Shown here in pieces: positions 18,459 through 28,572 of a stretch of DNA of 64,000 bases. The notes beneath the pieces were generated by a model. It searched no databases. It was not told the origin of the DNA and saw nothing but the letters and a program-made list of their open reading frames with translations. The stretch is from positions 480,001 through 544,000 of the forward strand of contig CAVVHE010000009.1 in assembly GCA_963748015.1 (NCBI GenBank). The letters run 5' to 3'. The DNA comes from Terriglobia bacterium (GTDB lineage Bacteria; Acidobacteriota; Polarisedimenticolia; Polarisedimenticolales; JAIQFR01). The translations under genes were made by a program, and so were the position numbers. The stretch's first letter is position 1, and every line of letters starts with the position of its first letter.

Positions 18459-19922
18459 ATGCCCCAAGACGACGAGCGTCCCGATCCGAGCGCATCTCCG
18501 GACGACGAGGACTTCGCCTCGATGCTCGAGGACTCGCTGAAGCCCCGCTTCTTCGAGGAGGGGCAGGCGGTCGAGGGGGTCGTGGTCGCGGTGGGGGACG
18601 AGGTCGCGTTCGTGGACATCGGCGGCAAGGGGGAGGCGACGATCGACCTCTCGGAGCTGATGGGCGAGGACGGCGCGATCGAGGTCGAGGTGGGCGACCG
18701 GATCACGGCGCTCGTGGTCTCGACCCAGGGCGGCCTTCTGCTCTCGAGGAAGCTCGCGCGCGGCGCCGCCCTGCAGCAGCAGCTCGAGGACGCGTTCCGC
18801 GCGGGGCTCCCGGTCGAGGGGAAGGTCGAGCGCTCGATCAAGGGGGGCTACGACGTCAAGATCGCCGGGCAGCGCGCGTTCTGCCCTATCTCGCAGATGG
18901 ACACGGCGTTCACGGCCGATCCGGCGGTGCACGAGGGGAAGGTCTACACCTTCCGGATCACCGAGTACCGCGAGGGGGGGAAGAACCTCGTCGTCTCCCG
19001 CCGCGTCCTCCTCGCGGAGGAGGAGGCCGAGCGCGCCGAGGAGGTCCGGCTCTCGATCGTGCCGGGCGCCGTGCTGAGCGGCCGGGTCGTTTCGGTGCGC
19101 GAGTACGGCGCGTTCGTGGAGCTCGGCGCCGGCGTGCAGGGGCTGCTCCACGTGTCCGAGATGGGCTGGTCGCGCGTCTCGAACCCCGAGGAGGTCGTGA
19201 AGCCGGGGGACGAGATTCGCGTCAAGGTGCTGAGGGTGGACGAGGCGAAGAAGCAGATCGCGCTCGGCCTCAAGCAGCTCCTGGCGGACCCGTGGACGAA
19301 CCTCGGCGAGACCTACGCCGTGGGCCGGGTCAAGGAGGGGCGCGTCACGCGGCTCATGGACTTCGGCGCGTTCGTCGAGCTTGCGCCCGGAATCGAGGCG
19401 CTCGCCCACGCGTCCACCTTCCCGCCCACCGGCACCGCGGACGGGTGGAAGAAGCTCGCGCCGCCGGGGACCACGGGGTCGTTCGAGATCCTGAGCGTGG
19501 AGCTCGAGCGGAAGCGGATCGGCGTGGCGATGCTCGAGGAGGGCTCGTCGCGCGCCGCGGACGCGGCGCCGCGCGCCGAGATCGCGGCGGGGGCGCGCCT
19601 CAAGGGGAAGGTCGAGCGGCACGAGAAGTTCGGCGTGTTCGTCTACCTCGCTCCGGGCCGCACCGGCCTCGTCCCGCTCTCCGAGACGGGGGTCGAGAAG
19701 GAAGCCGACCTCAGGAAGGTCTTCCCCGTCGGGGGGGAGGTGGAGGTCGTCGTCCTCGAGGTGGACTCGGCGAGCCGCCGCATCCGTCTCAGCCGGAAGG
19801 CGGTCCTGGACGCCCAGGAAAAGGGCGAGGCCAGGGAGTACGCCGAGCGCCAGGACGGGCCGACGGGCGGATCCTTCGGCTCCTCGCTGGCCGACAAGCT
19901 CCGGGACGCCATGAAGAAGTGA
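18459..19922 (+). CDS. Ribosomal protein S1-like multi-S1-domain RNA-binding protein (five S1 repeats)
   Basis: EDFASMLE; repeated YGAFVELG/FGAFVEL/FGVFVYL; GLLHVSEMGW; C-terminal SLADKL; RBS CAGGAG. Confidence 0.9.
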   Translation: MPQDDERPDPSASPDDEDFASMLEDSLKPRFFEEGQAVEGVVVAVGDEVAFVDIGGKGEATIDLSELMGEDGAIEVEVGDRITALVVSTQGGLLLSRKLARGAALQQQLEDAFRAGLPVEGKVERSIKGGYDVKIAGQRAFCPISQMDTAFTADPAVHEGKVYTFRITEYREGGKNLVVSRRVLLAEEEAERAEEVRLSIVPGAVLSGRVVSVREYGAFVELGAGVQGLLHVSEMGWSRVSNPEEVVKPGDEIRVKVLRVDEAKKQIALGLKQLLADPWTNLGETYAVGRVKEGRVTRLMDFGAFVELAPGIEALAHASTFPPTGTADGWKKLAPPGTTGSFEILSVELERKRIGVAMLEEGSSRAADAAPRAEIAAGARLKGKVERHEKFGVFVYLAPGRTGLVPLSETGVEKEADLRKVFPVGGEVEVVVLEVDSASRRIRLSRKAVLDAQEKGEAREYAERQDGPTGGSFGSSLADKLRDAMKK

Positions 19923-20033
19923 GACGAGAAGGGACCCCTTTACTCCTCCGTCCCGCCGAAACACGAGAGAGCTTGCATCCGTATCCATTCGGGTGTAGAA
20001 GCAAGGTACAGCTTCCAGAAGGAGGGGCAGGCC

Positions 20034-20591
20034 ATGTCGAAACGCCTGGTTGTGTCCCTGATCGTCGCGGGATTTCTGGTTCCGAGCATGGCGGCGGAGC
20101 CCGCGAAGCCGGCCCTACCCGACCAGGTGCTCCGTCCCTCCGCCGAGGAGTGGTGCGCGGAAGGGACGGCGTCCACGCCGGACACGGACTGCGTGACCTT
20201 GCCCGTGCTGATCTCCGCGGCCCCGCCTGCGTATCCGGAGCTGGCGCTGAAGGGCCGCATCTCGGGGCAGGTCGAGCTCGAGGTCATCGTGGACGCAAAG
20301 GGCAAGGTCGTGGACGCGAAGGTCACGAGGCCCAATCGCGTCTTCACGGACGCGGCCCTGGTGGCCGCGAAGCAGAGGACCTACAGGCCGTCGCTCCGGC
20401 GCGGCGTGGCCGTCGCGACGGCGTTTCCGGTCATCGTGAAGTTCGATTTCGCCCCGCCGAGCGACGGTCCGAGGCAGACCCAGAAGACCGGGGCCGGAGA
20501 GGTCGTCACGGTGACGCCGTACGACACGAAGAGCTACTCCACTCCCACGGACCGCACCACGACGCGCGACGTGCAGAGCGGCAAGAAGTAG
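20034..20591 (+). CDS. Secreted TonB C-terminal domain protein
   Basis: Signal peptide; PAYPELALKGRISGQVELEVIVDAKGKV. Confidence 0.8.
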   Translation: MSKRLVVSLIVAGFLVPSMAAEPAKPALPDQVLRPSAEEWCAEGTASTPDTDCVTLPVLISAAPPAYPELALKGRISGQVELEVIVDAKGKVVDAKVTRPNRVFTDAALVAAKQRTYRPSLRRGVAVATAFPVIVKFDFAPPSDGPRQTQKTGAGEVVTVTPYDTKSYSTPTDRTTTRDVQSGKK

Positions 20592-20869
20592 GACCCCGGG
20601 ACGCCCCGCCGGTTTCCGAGTCCCGTCCCGGCTCGCTCGGCGCGGCCTCGTATCGGCGCGCCCCCGCATCTCCCCCCGATTCCCACCCCGATTTCGCCCC
20701 GGCTTCGCCCGCTCTCGTGGCGGCACGCGTGAAAGCGAGGCCGCGGATGGACGCAAACTTAAAAAAAGGTCAGAATGCCGCACGCGGTGACGCTTCACGG
20801 GAAGACTCTCGACAGGGAAGTAAGGGGCGGCCGCCCGAGCGGGCGCGGAGAAGCCGGGGAGGATTGCGG

Positions 20870-21991
20870 GTGAACAAGGCGACGAGGCTGCTGGTCCTGA
20901 TGCTCGTCGCGGCGCTGCCCGTGGCGTGCAAGAGCGGTGCGGAGACGGGCGGCGGCGGTGCGGGTGGATCGCGCGCGCTCAAGGTGCGAATGGCTCCCGT
21001 GGCCGCGCGCGACGTGGTCTACAAGGTACAGGCGCTCGGCTCGCTCGAGGCCGAGGAGCTCGTGCAGATCACCTCCGAGGTGAGCGGCGCCGTCTCGGAG
21101 GTGCGGTTCCACGAAGGGGATCGCGTGACCCCCGATACGGTCCTGCTGCGCATCGACCCCGACCGGTATCGCCTGGAGGCCGAGCGGGCCGAGGCGGCGT
21201 ACCGGCGCTCGCAGGCCGACTGGAGGCGGGCGGAGTCCGACATGCGGCGCCGCGAGGCGCTCGAGAAGGACCAGCTCGTCGCGGCCGAGGAGCTGAACCG
21301 CGTGCGCCAGGAGACCGAGCGCCTCGCCGCGGACACCGCCGCGGCCAAGGCGGCGATGGAGATCGCCCTGCAGAACCAGAAGCGCTCCGCCGTGAGGGCC
21401 CCGCGCGCCGGGGTGATCAACACCCGCAGCGTGGACACGGGGCAGTTCGTGCAGGCGGGGACCGTCCTCGGAACGTTGGTGGACATCGGCCGGCTGCGCC
21501 TGCGCTTCAAGGTCTCCGCGAGCGAATCCCTCAAGGCCGCGGTGGGACAGACCGTGACGTTCCGCGTCGCGTCGATCGGCGACCGGAAGTTCGACGCCCA
21601 GGTTTACCACGTCGGCGACATGGCCGACACCGCGACCCGCCAGGTCGAAGTCCTGGCGTGGGTGAAGAACCCCGGCGTGCTCAAGCCCGGTTTCTTCGCC
21701 GAGGTGGCGCTCGAGACCGAGGCTCACAAGAACGCCGTGGTCGTCCCCGAGGGGGCCGTGCAGGCGAGCGAGCGCGGCTTCGTCGCCTACGTCGTGGACG
21801 GCGGCGGCAAGGCCCGCCAGAAGCCGATCCAGCTCGGCCTCCGGACCGGCGACGGATCGGTCGAGATCCTCAATGGACTCGAGATCGGCGAGATGGTCGT
21901 GACGCAGGGCTCGGACCGGCTGGCCGACGGCATGGCCGTCGAGGCCGTGGCCGGCGGGCCGGCCCGCACGGACGCCGCGGAGAAGCCATGA
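20870..21991 (+). CDS. RND efflux periplasmic adaptor (MFP), lipoprotein
   Basis: GTG start, lipobox PVAC; SEVSGAVSEVRFHEGDRV, RAPRAGVI and LKPGFFA motifs. Confidence 0.9.
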   Translation: MNKATRLLVLMLVAALPVACKSGAETGGGGAGGSRALKVRMAPVAARDVVYKVQALGSLEAEELVQITSEVSGAVSEVRFHEGDRVTPDTVLLRIDPDRYRLEAERAEAAYRRSQADWRRAESDMRRREALEKDQLVAAEELNRVRQETERLAADTAAAKAAMEIALQNQKRSAVRAPRAGVINTRSVDTGQFVQAGTVLGTLVDIGRLRLRFKVSASESLKAAVGQTVTFRVASIGDRKFDAQVYHVGDMADTATRQVEVLAWVKNPGVLKPGFFAEVALETEAHKNAVVVPEGAVQASERGFVAYVVDGGGKARQKPIQLGLRTGDGSVEILNGLEIGEMVVTQGSDRLADGMAVEAVAGGPARTDAAEKP

Positions 21992-24900
21992 GCGACACGA
22001 GGACCGGCGGTGCCCCCGAGCCGGCGGAAGATCCCAAGGCGATCGCCACCGGGATGACCCTCGCGGACATCTCGATCCGCAACCACGTCTTCGCCTGGGT
22101 GTTGATGTTCGCGCTGATCGGATTCGGCGTGATCTGCTACACCGGTTTCGGCAGCGTCTTCCGGGGGCTCGGGATCAGCCAGAACCCCGACGTGGATTTC
22201 CCGATCGTGAGCGTCTCCGTCTCGTGGGAGGGCGCGTCCCCCGAGATCATGGAGACGGACGTCGTGGACGTCCTCGAGGACGCGGTCAGCACCGTCGAGG
22301 GCGTCCAGCAGATGTCGTCGACGGCGCGCCAAGGGTCGGCGAGCGTCACATTGGAGTTCGACCTCGCGCGGAACATCGACGCCGCCCTGCAGGACGTCCA
22401 GACGAAGGTCTCCGAGGCGGCGCGGCACCTGCCCCGCGAGATCGACCCGCCGACGATCACGAAAACCAACCCCGAGGACCAGCCGATCATCCGTTTGTCG
22501 CTCTCGGGCGACCGGCCGGCGACCTTCCTCGCCGACTACGTCCGCAACGTTCTCCGCCCGCAATTGCAGACGATCGAGGGAGTCGGCGACATCCACGTCA
22601 TGGGGTTCCGGGACCGGAACGTCCGGGTCTGGTACGACGCGCCGAGGCTCGAGGCCTACGGCCTGACGGTGATCGACGTGAACCGCGCCATCGCGCGGGA
22701 GCACCAGGAGGTTCCGGCCGGACGGATCGAGGGGGCCGAGCGCGAGATGAACGTGCGCGCGGAGGGGGAGGCGATCGACATCGCCTCCTTCCGCGACCTC
22801 GTGGTCACCTACCGGAACGGCGCGCCGGTGCGGCTCAAGGACCTGGCCATCGTCGAGGACGGTCTCGAGGATCGGCGGCGTGTAGGCCGCGCGATGGGCG
22901 AGCCGGCCGTCGGGTTCGGCATCACCAAGCTGCGCGGGGCGAACGCGGTCCAGGTCGGCCGTGCCGTCAAGGCCAAGATGGAGCTGATGAAGAAGCAGCT
23001 CCCGGAGGGGCTGAGGCTCGACGTCAACTGGGACACGACCACGTTCATCGAGCGGAGCATCCGCGAGATCCTGTTCACGCTGCTGATGGCGGCGCTGCTC
23101 ACGGGCGTCGTGTGCTGGCTGTTCCTCGGGTCCTGGTCCACGACGGTCAACATCTTGCTGGCGATCCCCACCTCGATCCTGGGGACCTTCATCGTCATCT
23201 ACTTCCTGGGCTTCACCCTCAACACGTTCACCGTTCTCGGGCTGACGCTCGTCGTCGGCATCGTCGTGGACGACGCGATCATGGTGCTGGAGAACATCTA
23301 CCGGCACCGCGAGATGCGGGAGGGGAAGGTCAAGGCCGCCTCCGTCGGGGCGCGGGAGATCACCTTCGCGGCCGCGGCCGCGACGCTCGCCATCGTGGCG
23401 ATCTTCCTCCCCGTGGCGTTCATGAAGGGGATCATCGGCAAGTTCTTCTTCCAGTTCGGGGTGACGATCTCGGTCGCCGTGCTGCTTTCCCTGCTCGAGG
23501 CGCTGACGCTGGCGCCGATGCGCTGCTCGCGATTCCTCGAGGTGGAGCACCGGGGCCGCCTCGGCCGGACGATGGACCGCATGTTCAAGCGCCTGGCGGA
23601 AACCTACCTCCGCGTGCTCGCCCCCGCGCTCCAGCACAGGGGCTGGGTGCTGGTCGGCGCCGTCGTTTTCTTCGCGCTGTCGCTCCTGATCGTCCGCCTG
23701 CTGCCGCAGGAGTTCGTCCCGAGCCAGGACATGAGCCGGTTCACGCTGCGCTTCAACACACCCGTCGGCACGAGCCTCGACGTGACCGACCGCTACTTCA
23801 GCCAGATCGAGAAATTCCTCATCGCGCGTCCGGAAGTCGCACTGTTCTCGGGCTCGGTCGGCGGCATGGGCGGCGGCGAGGTCAACAGCGGCAACGCGTT
23901 CGTCAACATGAAGGAGCCGGGCAACCGGCCGGACGATCCCAAGCTGGGTAGACCGCTCACGCAGCGCGAGTTCATGGACGTCGTCCGGAGCTACGCGAAC
24001 TCGATCCCCGGCGGGCGCGTGGTGCTGCAGGACATCTCGCTCGTCGGGTTCAGCCCGTCGCGGGGCGGCGGCTACCCGATCGAGTTCAACATCCGCGGCC
24101 CGGACTGGAACAAGCTGGCGGATTCGGCGCGCGAGATCATGGAGCGGATGCGGCAGTCGGGAGACGTCACCGACGTGGACAGCGACTACCGGGTGGGAAT
24201 GCCCGAGGTGCAGGTGGTTCCGGACCGGAACAAGGCCGCGGACCTCGGCGTGAGCATGGCCACGATCGGCGAGACGATCAACGCGGCGATCGGCGGGATG
24301 CGCGTCGGGCGGTTCAAGGACAAGGGGCGGCGCTTCGACATCCGCGTCCGCCTCCTCGCCCCGCAGCGGGAACGGCCCGAGGACATCTCGGGCCTGCTGG
24401 TGCGGACCGGCGGCGGCGGGCTCGTGCGGCTGGGCGACCTGATCCGCATCAACCAGGAGCCGACCCTCCAGACGATCACCCGCCGCGACCGCGAGCGGGC
24501 GATCACGATCTACGCGAACATGGCGTCGGGAGTCTCGCAGGAGGACGCGGTGAACCGCTCGCTCGACATCGCGGCGTCGGTCCTGCCCGACGGCTACCGC
24601 TCGGTGCTGTCCGGAAGCACGAAGGCCTACCGCGAGTCGTTCCAGTCGCTCTGGTTCGCATTCGGCCTCGGACTGCTGGTCGCGTACATGGTCCTCGCGT
24701 CGCAGTTCAACGCCTTCTCGCACCCGTTCACGGTCCTGCTCGCCCTTCCCTTCAGCATCAGCGGCGCGCTGATCGCGCTGTGGATCGCGGGACAGAGCTT
24801 GAACGTCTACAGCATGCTCGGGCTCATCCTGCTGATGGGGATCGCGAAAAAGAACTCGATCATGCTGGTGGACTTCACCAACCAGATCCGCGACCGCGGG

Positions 24901-25191
24901 GTGGACCGGCACCGGGCGCTGCTCGACGCCTGCCCGATCCGGCTGCGGCCGATCCTGATGACCTCGGTCGCCACGATCGCGGGCGCGCTGCCGCCGGCCC
25001 TGGCCATCGGACCGGGGGCCGAGGTGCAGCGGCCGATGGCGCTGGCCCTCGTCGGCGGGATGGTGGTCTCGACGGCGCTCACGCTCTTCGTCGTTCCCGC
25101 GGCGTACAGCGTGCTCGGCGACGCGCTCGAGTGGAACGAGAAGCGCCGGACCGAGAGCGCCGGCTTCTTCGCCGCTTTCCGCAAGCGGTAA
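21988..25191 (+). CDS. RND efflux permease (AcrB/AcrD/AcrF family)
   Basis: PDVDFP, GIVVDDAIMVLENI, GIAKKNSIMLVDF and RLRPILMTS motifs. Confidence 0.96.
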   Translation: MSDTRTGGAPEPAEDPKAIATGMTLADISIRNHVFAWVLMFALIGFGVICYTGFGSVFRGLGISQNPDVDFPIVSVSVSWEGASPEIMETDVVDVLEDAVSTVEGVQQMSSTARQGSASVTLEFDLARNIDAALQDVQTKVSEAARHLPREIDPPTITKTNPEDQPIIRLSLSGDRPATFLADYVRNVLRPQLQTIEGVGDIHVMGFRDRNVRVWYDAPRLEAYGLTVIDVNRAIAREHQEVPAGRIEGAEREMNVRAEGEAIDIASFRDLVVTYRNGAPVRLKDLAIVEDGLEDRRRVGRAMGEPAVGFGITKLRGANAVQVGRAVKAKMELMKKQLPEGLRLDVNWDTTTFIERSIREILFTLLMAALLTGVVCWLFLGSWSTTVNILLAIPTSILGTFIVIYFLGFTLNTFTVLGLTLVVGIVVDDAIMVLENIYRHREMREGKVKAASVGAREITFAAAAATLAIVAIFLPVAFMKGIIGKFFFQFGVTISVAVLLSLLEALTLAPMRCSRFLEVEHRGRLGRTMDRMFKRLAETYLRVLAPALQHRGWVLVGAVVFFALSLLIVRLLPQEFVPSQDMSRFTLRFNTPVGTSLDVTDRYFSQIEKFLIARPEVALFSGSVGGMGGGEVNSGNAFVNMKEPGNRPDDPKLGRPLTQREFMDVVRSYANSIPGGRVVLQDISLVGFSPSRGGGYPIEFNIRGPDWNKLADSAREIMERMRQSGDVTDVDSDYRVGMPEVQVVPDRNKAADLGVSMATIGETINAAIGGMRVGRFKDKGRRFDIRVRLLAPQRERPEDISGLLVRTGGGGLVRLGDLIRINQEPTLQTITRRDRERAITIYANMASGVSQEDAVNRSLDIAASVLPDGYRSVLSGSTKAYRESFQSLWFAFGLGLLVAYMVLASQFNAFSHPFTVLLALPFSISGALIALWIAGQSLNVYSMLGLILLMGIAKKNSIMLVDFTNQIRDRGVDRHRALLDACPIRLRPILMTSVATIAGALPPALAIGPGAEVQRPMALALVGGMVVSTALTLFVVPAAYSVLGDALEWNEKRRTESAGFFAAFRKR

Positions 25192-25201
25192 GAGGCGCAC
25201 G

Positions 25202-25423
25202 ATGCCGATCTACGAATACGAGTGCCGCGCCTGCGGCGAGCGATTCGAGAAGATCGTCGTGAACGTATCCGCCCGCCCCTCCTGCCCCGCGTGCGACGGC
25301 CGCAAGGTCAAGCGGCTCCCCTCGGCGTTCGGCATCGGGGGAGGCGGCAAGGCCGCCTCCGGCGCCCGCGGCGGCGGCGGCTGCTCCGGCTGCAAGCGGG
25401 GCTCCTGCTCCACCTGCCACTGA
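25202..25423 (+). CDS. FmdB-family zinc-ribbon protein
   Basis: MPIYEYECRACG...CPAC plus C-terminal CSGCKRGSCSTCH. Confidence 0.9.
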   Translation: MPIYEYECRACGERFEKIVVNVSARPSCPACDGRKVKRLPSAFGIGGGGKAASGARGGGGCSGCKRGSCSTCH

Positions 25424-25435
25424 AAGAACTGTAAC

Positions 25436-25469
25436 GAGGGACAGCAACCGAGGATGGGTGCTGTCCCTC
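25436..25469. repeat. GGGACAGCA palindrome family, copy 4; probable terminator
   Basis: GAGGGACAGCA...TGCTGTCCCTC followed by CTTTCATT. Confidence 0.7.
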
Positions 25470-25486
25470 CTTTCATTACTTCCCGT

Positions 25487-25525
25487 TTGACTGCCCCTTG
25501 ATATCGGACTATAATAGTCCTTTAT
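25487..25525 (+). promoter_or_regulatory. Near-consensus sigma70 promoter overlapped by a palindromic Rrf2-like operator
   Basis: TTGACT (25487-92), 17 nt, TATAAT (25510-15); perfect 7-1-7 inverted repeat GGACTAT-A-ATAGTCC (25506-20). Confidence 0.85.
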
Positions 25526-25621
25526 AGATCGGCGGTTCCTACGGGGGCGCTCTTCGGTTCACGAGTCCCCGGAGGCCTTCGAAACAAGACGGCGCCATGC
25601 CGGGTTGGCGAGGAGGATAGC

Positions 25622-26572
25622 GTGGAGAACAAGAAGATCATCGCCGTCGTCGGCGCGACCGGCTCGCAGGGGAGCGGATTGGTCCGCGCGATCGCGAGCG
25701 ACCCCAATTGCGGTTTCACCGCGCGAGCGCTCACGAGGGACGTCAACTCGGCAAAGGCCAAGGAGCTGGCGGCGCTCGGCGCCGAGGTCGTCGCGGCCGA
25801 CGTGAACGATCCGGCGAGTCTCGAGAGGGTGTTTCGCGGCGCGCACGGGGCGTACTGCGTCACCTTCTTCTGGGAGCACTTCTCGCCCGAGACCGAGCTG
25901 GCGCAGGCCCGCGCGATGGCCGAGGCCGCGAAGCAGGCCGGGGTCCGGCACGTGATCTGGTCCACCCTCGAGGACACCCGCAAGTGGGTGCCGCTGACCG
26001 ACGACCGAATGCCCACCCTTCAGGGCAAGTACAAGGTCCCGCACTTCGACGCCAAGGGGGAGGCCGACGGGATCTTCCGCGAGCTCGGCGTGCCGACGAC
26101 CTTCCTGGCGACGTCGTTCTACTGGGACAACCTGATCCACTTCGGCATGGGCCCCAAGAAGGGGCCTGACGGGACGCTCGCGTTCACGCTGCCGATGGGC
26201 GACAAGAAGCTCCCCGGCATCGCCGCCGAGGACATCGGCAAGTGCGCTCTCGGCGTCTTCAAGAAGGGCGCGGAGCTCGCGGGCAAGACCGTGGGAATCG
26301 CCGGCGAGAACCTGACCGGCGCGCAGATGGCGGCCGCGCTCACCCGCGCCCTCGGCAAGGAGGTGCGGTACCGCGTCGTGACGCCCGAGGCGTACCGCGG
26401 CTTCGGCTTCCCCGGCGCCGACGACCTCGGCAACATGTTCCAGTTCAAGCGGGACTTCGAGGCGGACTTCTGCGGCGCGCGCAACCCCGAGGTGGCCCGC
26501 TCGCTGAACCCCGCGCTCCAGAGCTTCGACACCTGGCTCGCCCGCAACAAGACCCGCATTCCCATCGAGTAA
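25622..26572 (+). CDS. NmrA/HSCARG-family NAD(P)-binding protein
   Basis: IAVVGATGSQG, VPHFDAKGE and TSFYWDN motifs. Confidence 0.93.
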   Translation: MENKKIIAVVGATGSQGSGLVRAIASDPNCGFTARALTRDVNSAKAKELAALGAEVVAADVNDPASLERVFRGAHGAYCVTFFWEHFSPETELAQARAMAEAAKQAGVRHVIWSTLEDTRKWVPLTDDRMPTLQGKYKVPHFDAKGEADGIFRELGVPTTFLATSFYWDNLIHFGMGPKKGPDGTLAFTLPMGDKKLPGIAAEDIGKCALGVFKKGAELAGKTVGIAGENLTGAQMAAALTRALGKEVRYRVVTPEAYRGFGFPGADDLGNMFQFKRDFEADFCGARNPEVARSLNPALQSFDTWLARNKTRIPIE

Positions 26573-26592
26573 CGCATCGAGGAGGTGGTCCC

Positions 26593-27594
26593 ATGCGCGC
26601 AGCGGTGATGACACGGTACAAGCAGCCCTGGGAGCTCGAGACGCTCCCCGACCCTCGCCCCGGCGACGGCCAGGTCCTGATCAAGGTCGAGGCGAGCGGG
26701 ATGTGCTACACGGACATCCATTGCCACCACGGCCACCTGCCGGTCGAGCTGCCGAAGGTACTCGGCCACGAGCCGGTCGGCAAGATCGTCGAGCTGGGGC
26801 CGGGCGTGACGGGGTTGAGCGTCGGCGACAGGGTCGGCGTGTCGTGGATGCAGAAGGGATGCGGTCGCTGCAAGTTCTGCCTGGAGCGGCGGGAGAAGTA
26901 CTGCGAGGGGCAGGTGACCTGGATGCAGCTCGGCGGGGGCAACTCGGAGCTGATGGTCGCCCACGCTTCGGGGTGCACGCTCGTCCCCGAGGGACTCTCT
27001 CCCGAGGAGGCCGCCCCGATCTTCTGCGCCGGCTTCACCGTCTTCAGCGGCCTGCGCAACGCGGCGCCGCGTCCCGGCGAGAGGGTGGCGGTGCTGGGCC
27101 TCGGCGGCCTCGGCCACCTCGCGCTCCAGTACGCGAAGGCCCTCGGCCTGGAGACCTTCGCGGTCACCAGCACGGAGGGGAAGCGGAGGGACCTCATGGC
27201 GCTCGGCGCCGACGAGGTCGTGGTGGCCGGCCAGGACGCGGGAAAAGCGCTGGCGGACGCGGGTGGCGCCGACGTGGTTCTCGCGACCTCCAACGCCGCC
27301 GCGCCGACCGCGCAGATCGTGAAGGGCCTGCGGCCGGAAGGCAGGCTCGTCCTGATGGGGCTCGTGGACGGCCCGCTCCAGCTCTCCGTGCTGGACGTGA
27401 TGCTCAGCCAGTGCCGGGTGATCGGCAGCACGCAGAACGATCGCCGGGACCTCGTCGAGGCCCTCGACCTCGTCGCGTCGGGCAAGGTCAAGCCGATCCT
27501 CGAGGAGTACCCGCTCGATCGCGTGAACGACGTCCGCCAGCGCCTCGAGGCGGGAAAAGTCCGCTTCCGCGCGGTCCTGAGACACGCCCCGTAG
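26593..27594 (+). CDS. Zinc-dependent alcohol dehydrogenase (MDR family)
   Basis: GMCYTD, LGHEPVG, CGRCKFC...C and GLGGLGH motifs; RBS GGAGG. Confidence 0.94.
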   Translation: MRAAVMTRYKQPWELETLPDPRPGDGQVLIKVEASGMCYTDIHCHHGHLPVELPKVLGHEPVGKIVELGPGVTGLSVGDRVGVSWMQKGCGRCKFCLERREKYCEGQVTWMQLGGGNSELMVAHASGCTLVPEGLSPEEAAPIFCAGFTVFSGLRNAAPRPGERVAVLGLGGLGHLALQYAKALGLETFAVTSTEGKRRDLMALGADEVVVAGQDAGKALADAGGADVVLATSNAAAPTAQIVKGLRPEGRLVLMGLVDGPLQLSVLDVMLSQCRVIGSTQNDRRDLVEALDLVASGKVKPILEEYPLDRVNDVRQRLEAGKVRFRAVLRHAP

Positions 27595-27709
27595 TCGCGC
27601 GCGCCCCCCTCGGGGGGGAGAGATTGCCCGCGTCCGGCCGGGAACCTACATTCCAACGTGGGGCGGGCCGCTCCAGGGAGGGGCCTGCCGCGCTTCAAAG
27701 GAGGTTCCG

Positions 27710-28378
27710 ATGCTGGGCCTGGGCGTGCTCCTCCTCGTGCTCTCGGCCATCGTCTCGCTGGTCGGCTCCGTCATGTTCGCGGTGGCGGCGTTCCGCGTCA
27801 GCGTCGTGTGGGGCCTGCTCGTGCTCTTCGTCCCCTTCGCGGGGCTGTTCTTCCTCGTCAAGTACTGGGCGCAGGCCAAGCGGGGATTCCTGGTCGGCCT
27901 GGCGGGGTCGGCCGTCGCGCTGGTCGGTTTCCTCGCGTTCAGCGCCGGCGTCGCCGCCCGAGCCCAGGGCCAGCTCGGGGCGGTCGCTTCCCAGATGAAG
28001 TCCGAGCTCGAGCGCCAGCAGAAGGTGGCGTTGCCGGCGCCCTCCGGGGAGGAGCCCCCGGCCGCGCCCGCCGAGGCCGCACCCGCGCCCTCGAGCCCGT
28101 CGTCCGGCGGGAGCCTACCGGCATTGCAGGCCCGCACCCCGCGCGCGCTCCCGGACCTCCCGCTCGACGCCGGCGATCCCAGGGAGATCCGCCCCAAGGA
28201 CTTCGCCCGCCACGTCGGCGAGGACCTGCTGTTCGTGGACAGGGACGGCGACTCGGTCTGGGGCAGGCTGGTCTCGGTCGGCCCGCGCGCCCTCAAGATC
28301 GAGCGGCGCCTCCACGGCGGCTCGGTCCAGTACGACCTCCCCCTCGCCGACGTCCGCACCGTGCGCACCGACAGCTAA
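27710..28378 (+). CDS. Hypothetical membrane protein (three TMs, Pro/Ala linker, small C-terminal beta domain)
   Basis: RBS AGGAGG; hydrophobic N-half with WGLLVLFVPF. Confidence 0.75.
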   Translation: MLGLGVLLLVLSAIVSLVGSVMFAVAAFRVSVVWGLLVLFVPFAGLFFLVKYWAQAKRGFLVGLAGSAVALVGFLAFSAGVAARAQGQLGAVASQMKSELERQQKVALPAPSGEEPPAAPAEAAPAPSSPSSGGSLPALQARTPRALPDLPLDAGDPREIRPKDFARHVGEDLLFVDRDGDSVWGRLVSVGPRALKIERRLHGGSVQYDLPLADVRTVRTDS

Positions 28379-28572
28379 GGACATTTCTTCCAGCGAATAC
28401 GGCGAGGCCGGGCTGGCGCCCGGCCTTCACCGTTGTTCTAGGGGACCGTGAGGGGGGAGGGCTCAGTGCTCCTCGGCTCTCGAGCCCCGGAACGTCGTCC
28501 GGAGCACGGGGTGGCCGCCGAGCACGTGGGTCAGGGGCATGTTCGCGTTCCTCCCGGGGAGGCCCAGGAGTA

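Noticed and set aside
20715..20770. GAAA hairpin plus GGACGCAAA resembling a c-di-GMP-I riboswitch upstream of the RND operon
   Set aside because: Spacing and the P1/P3 elements do not fit the aptamer; only short motif matches
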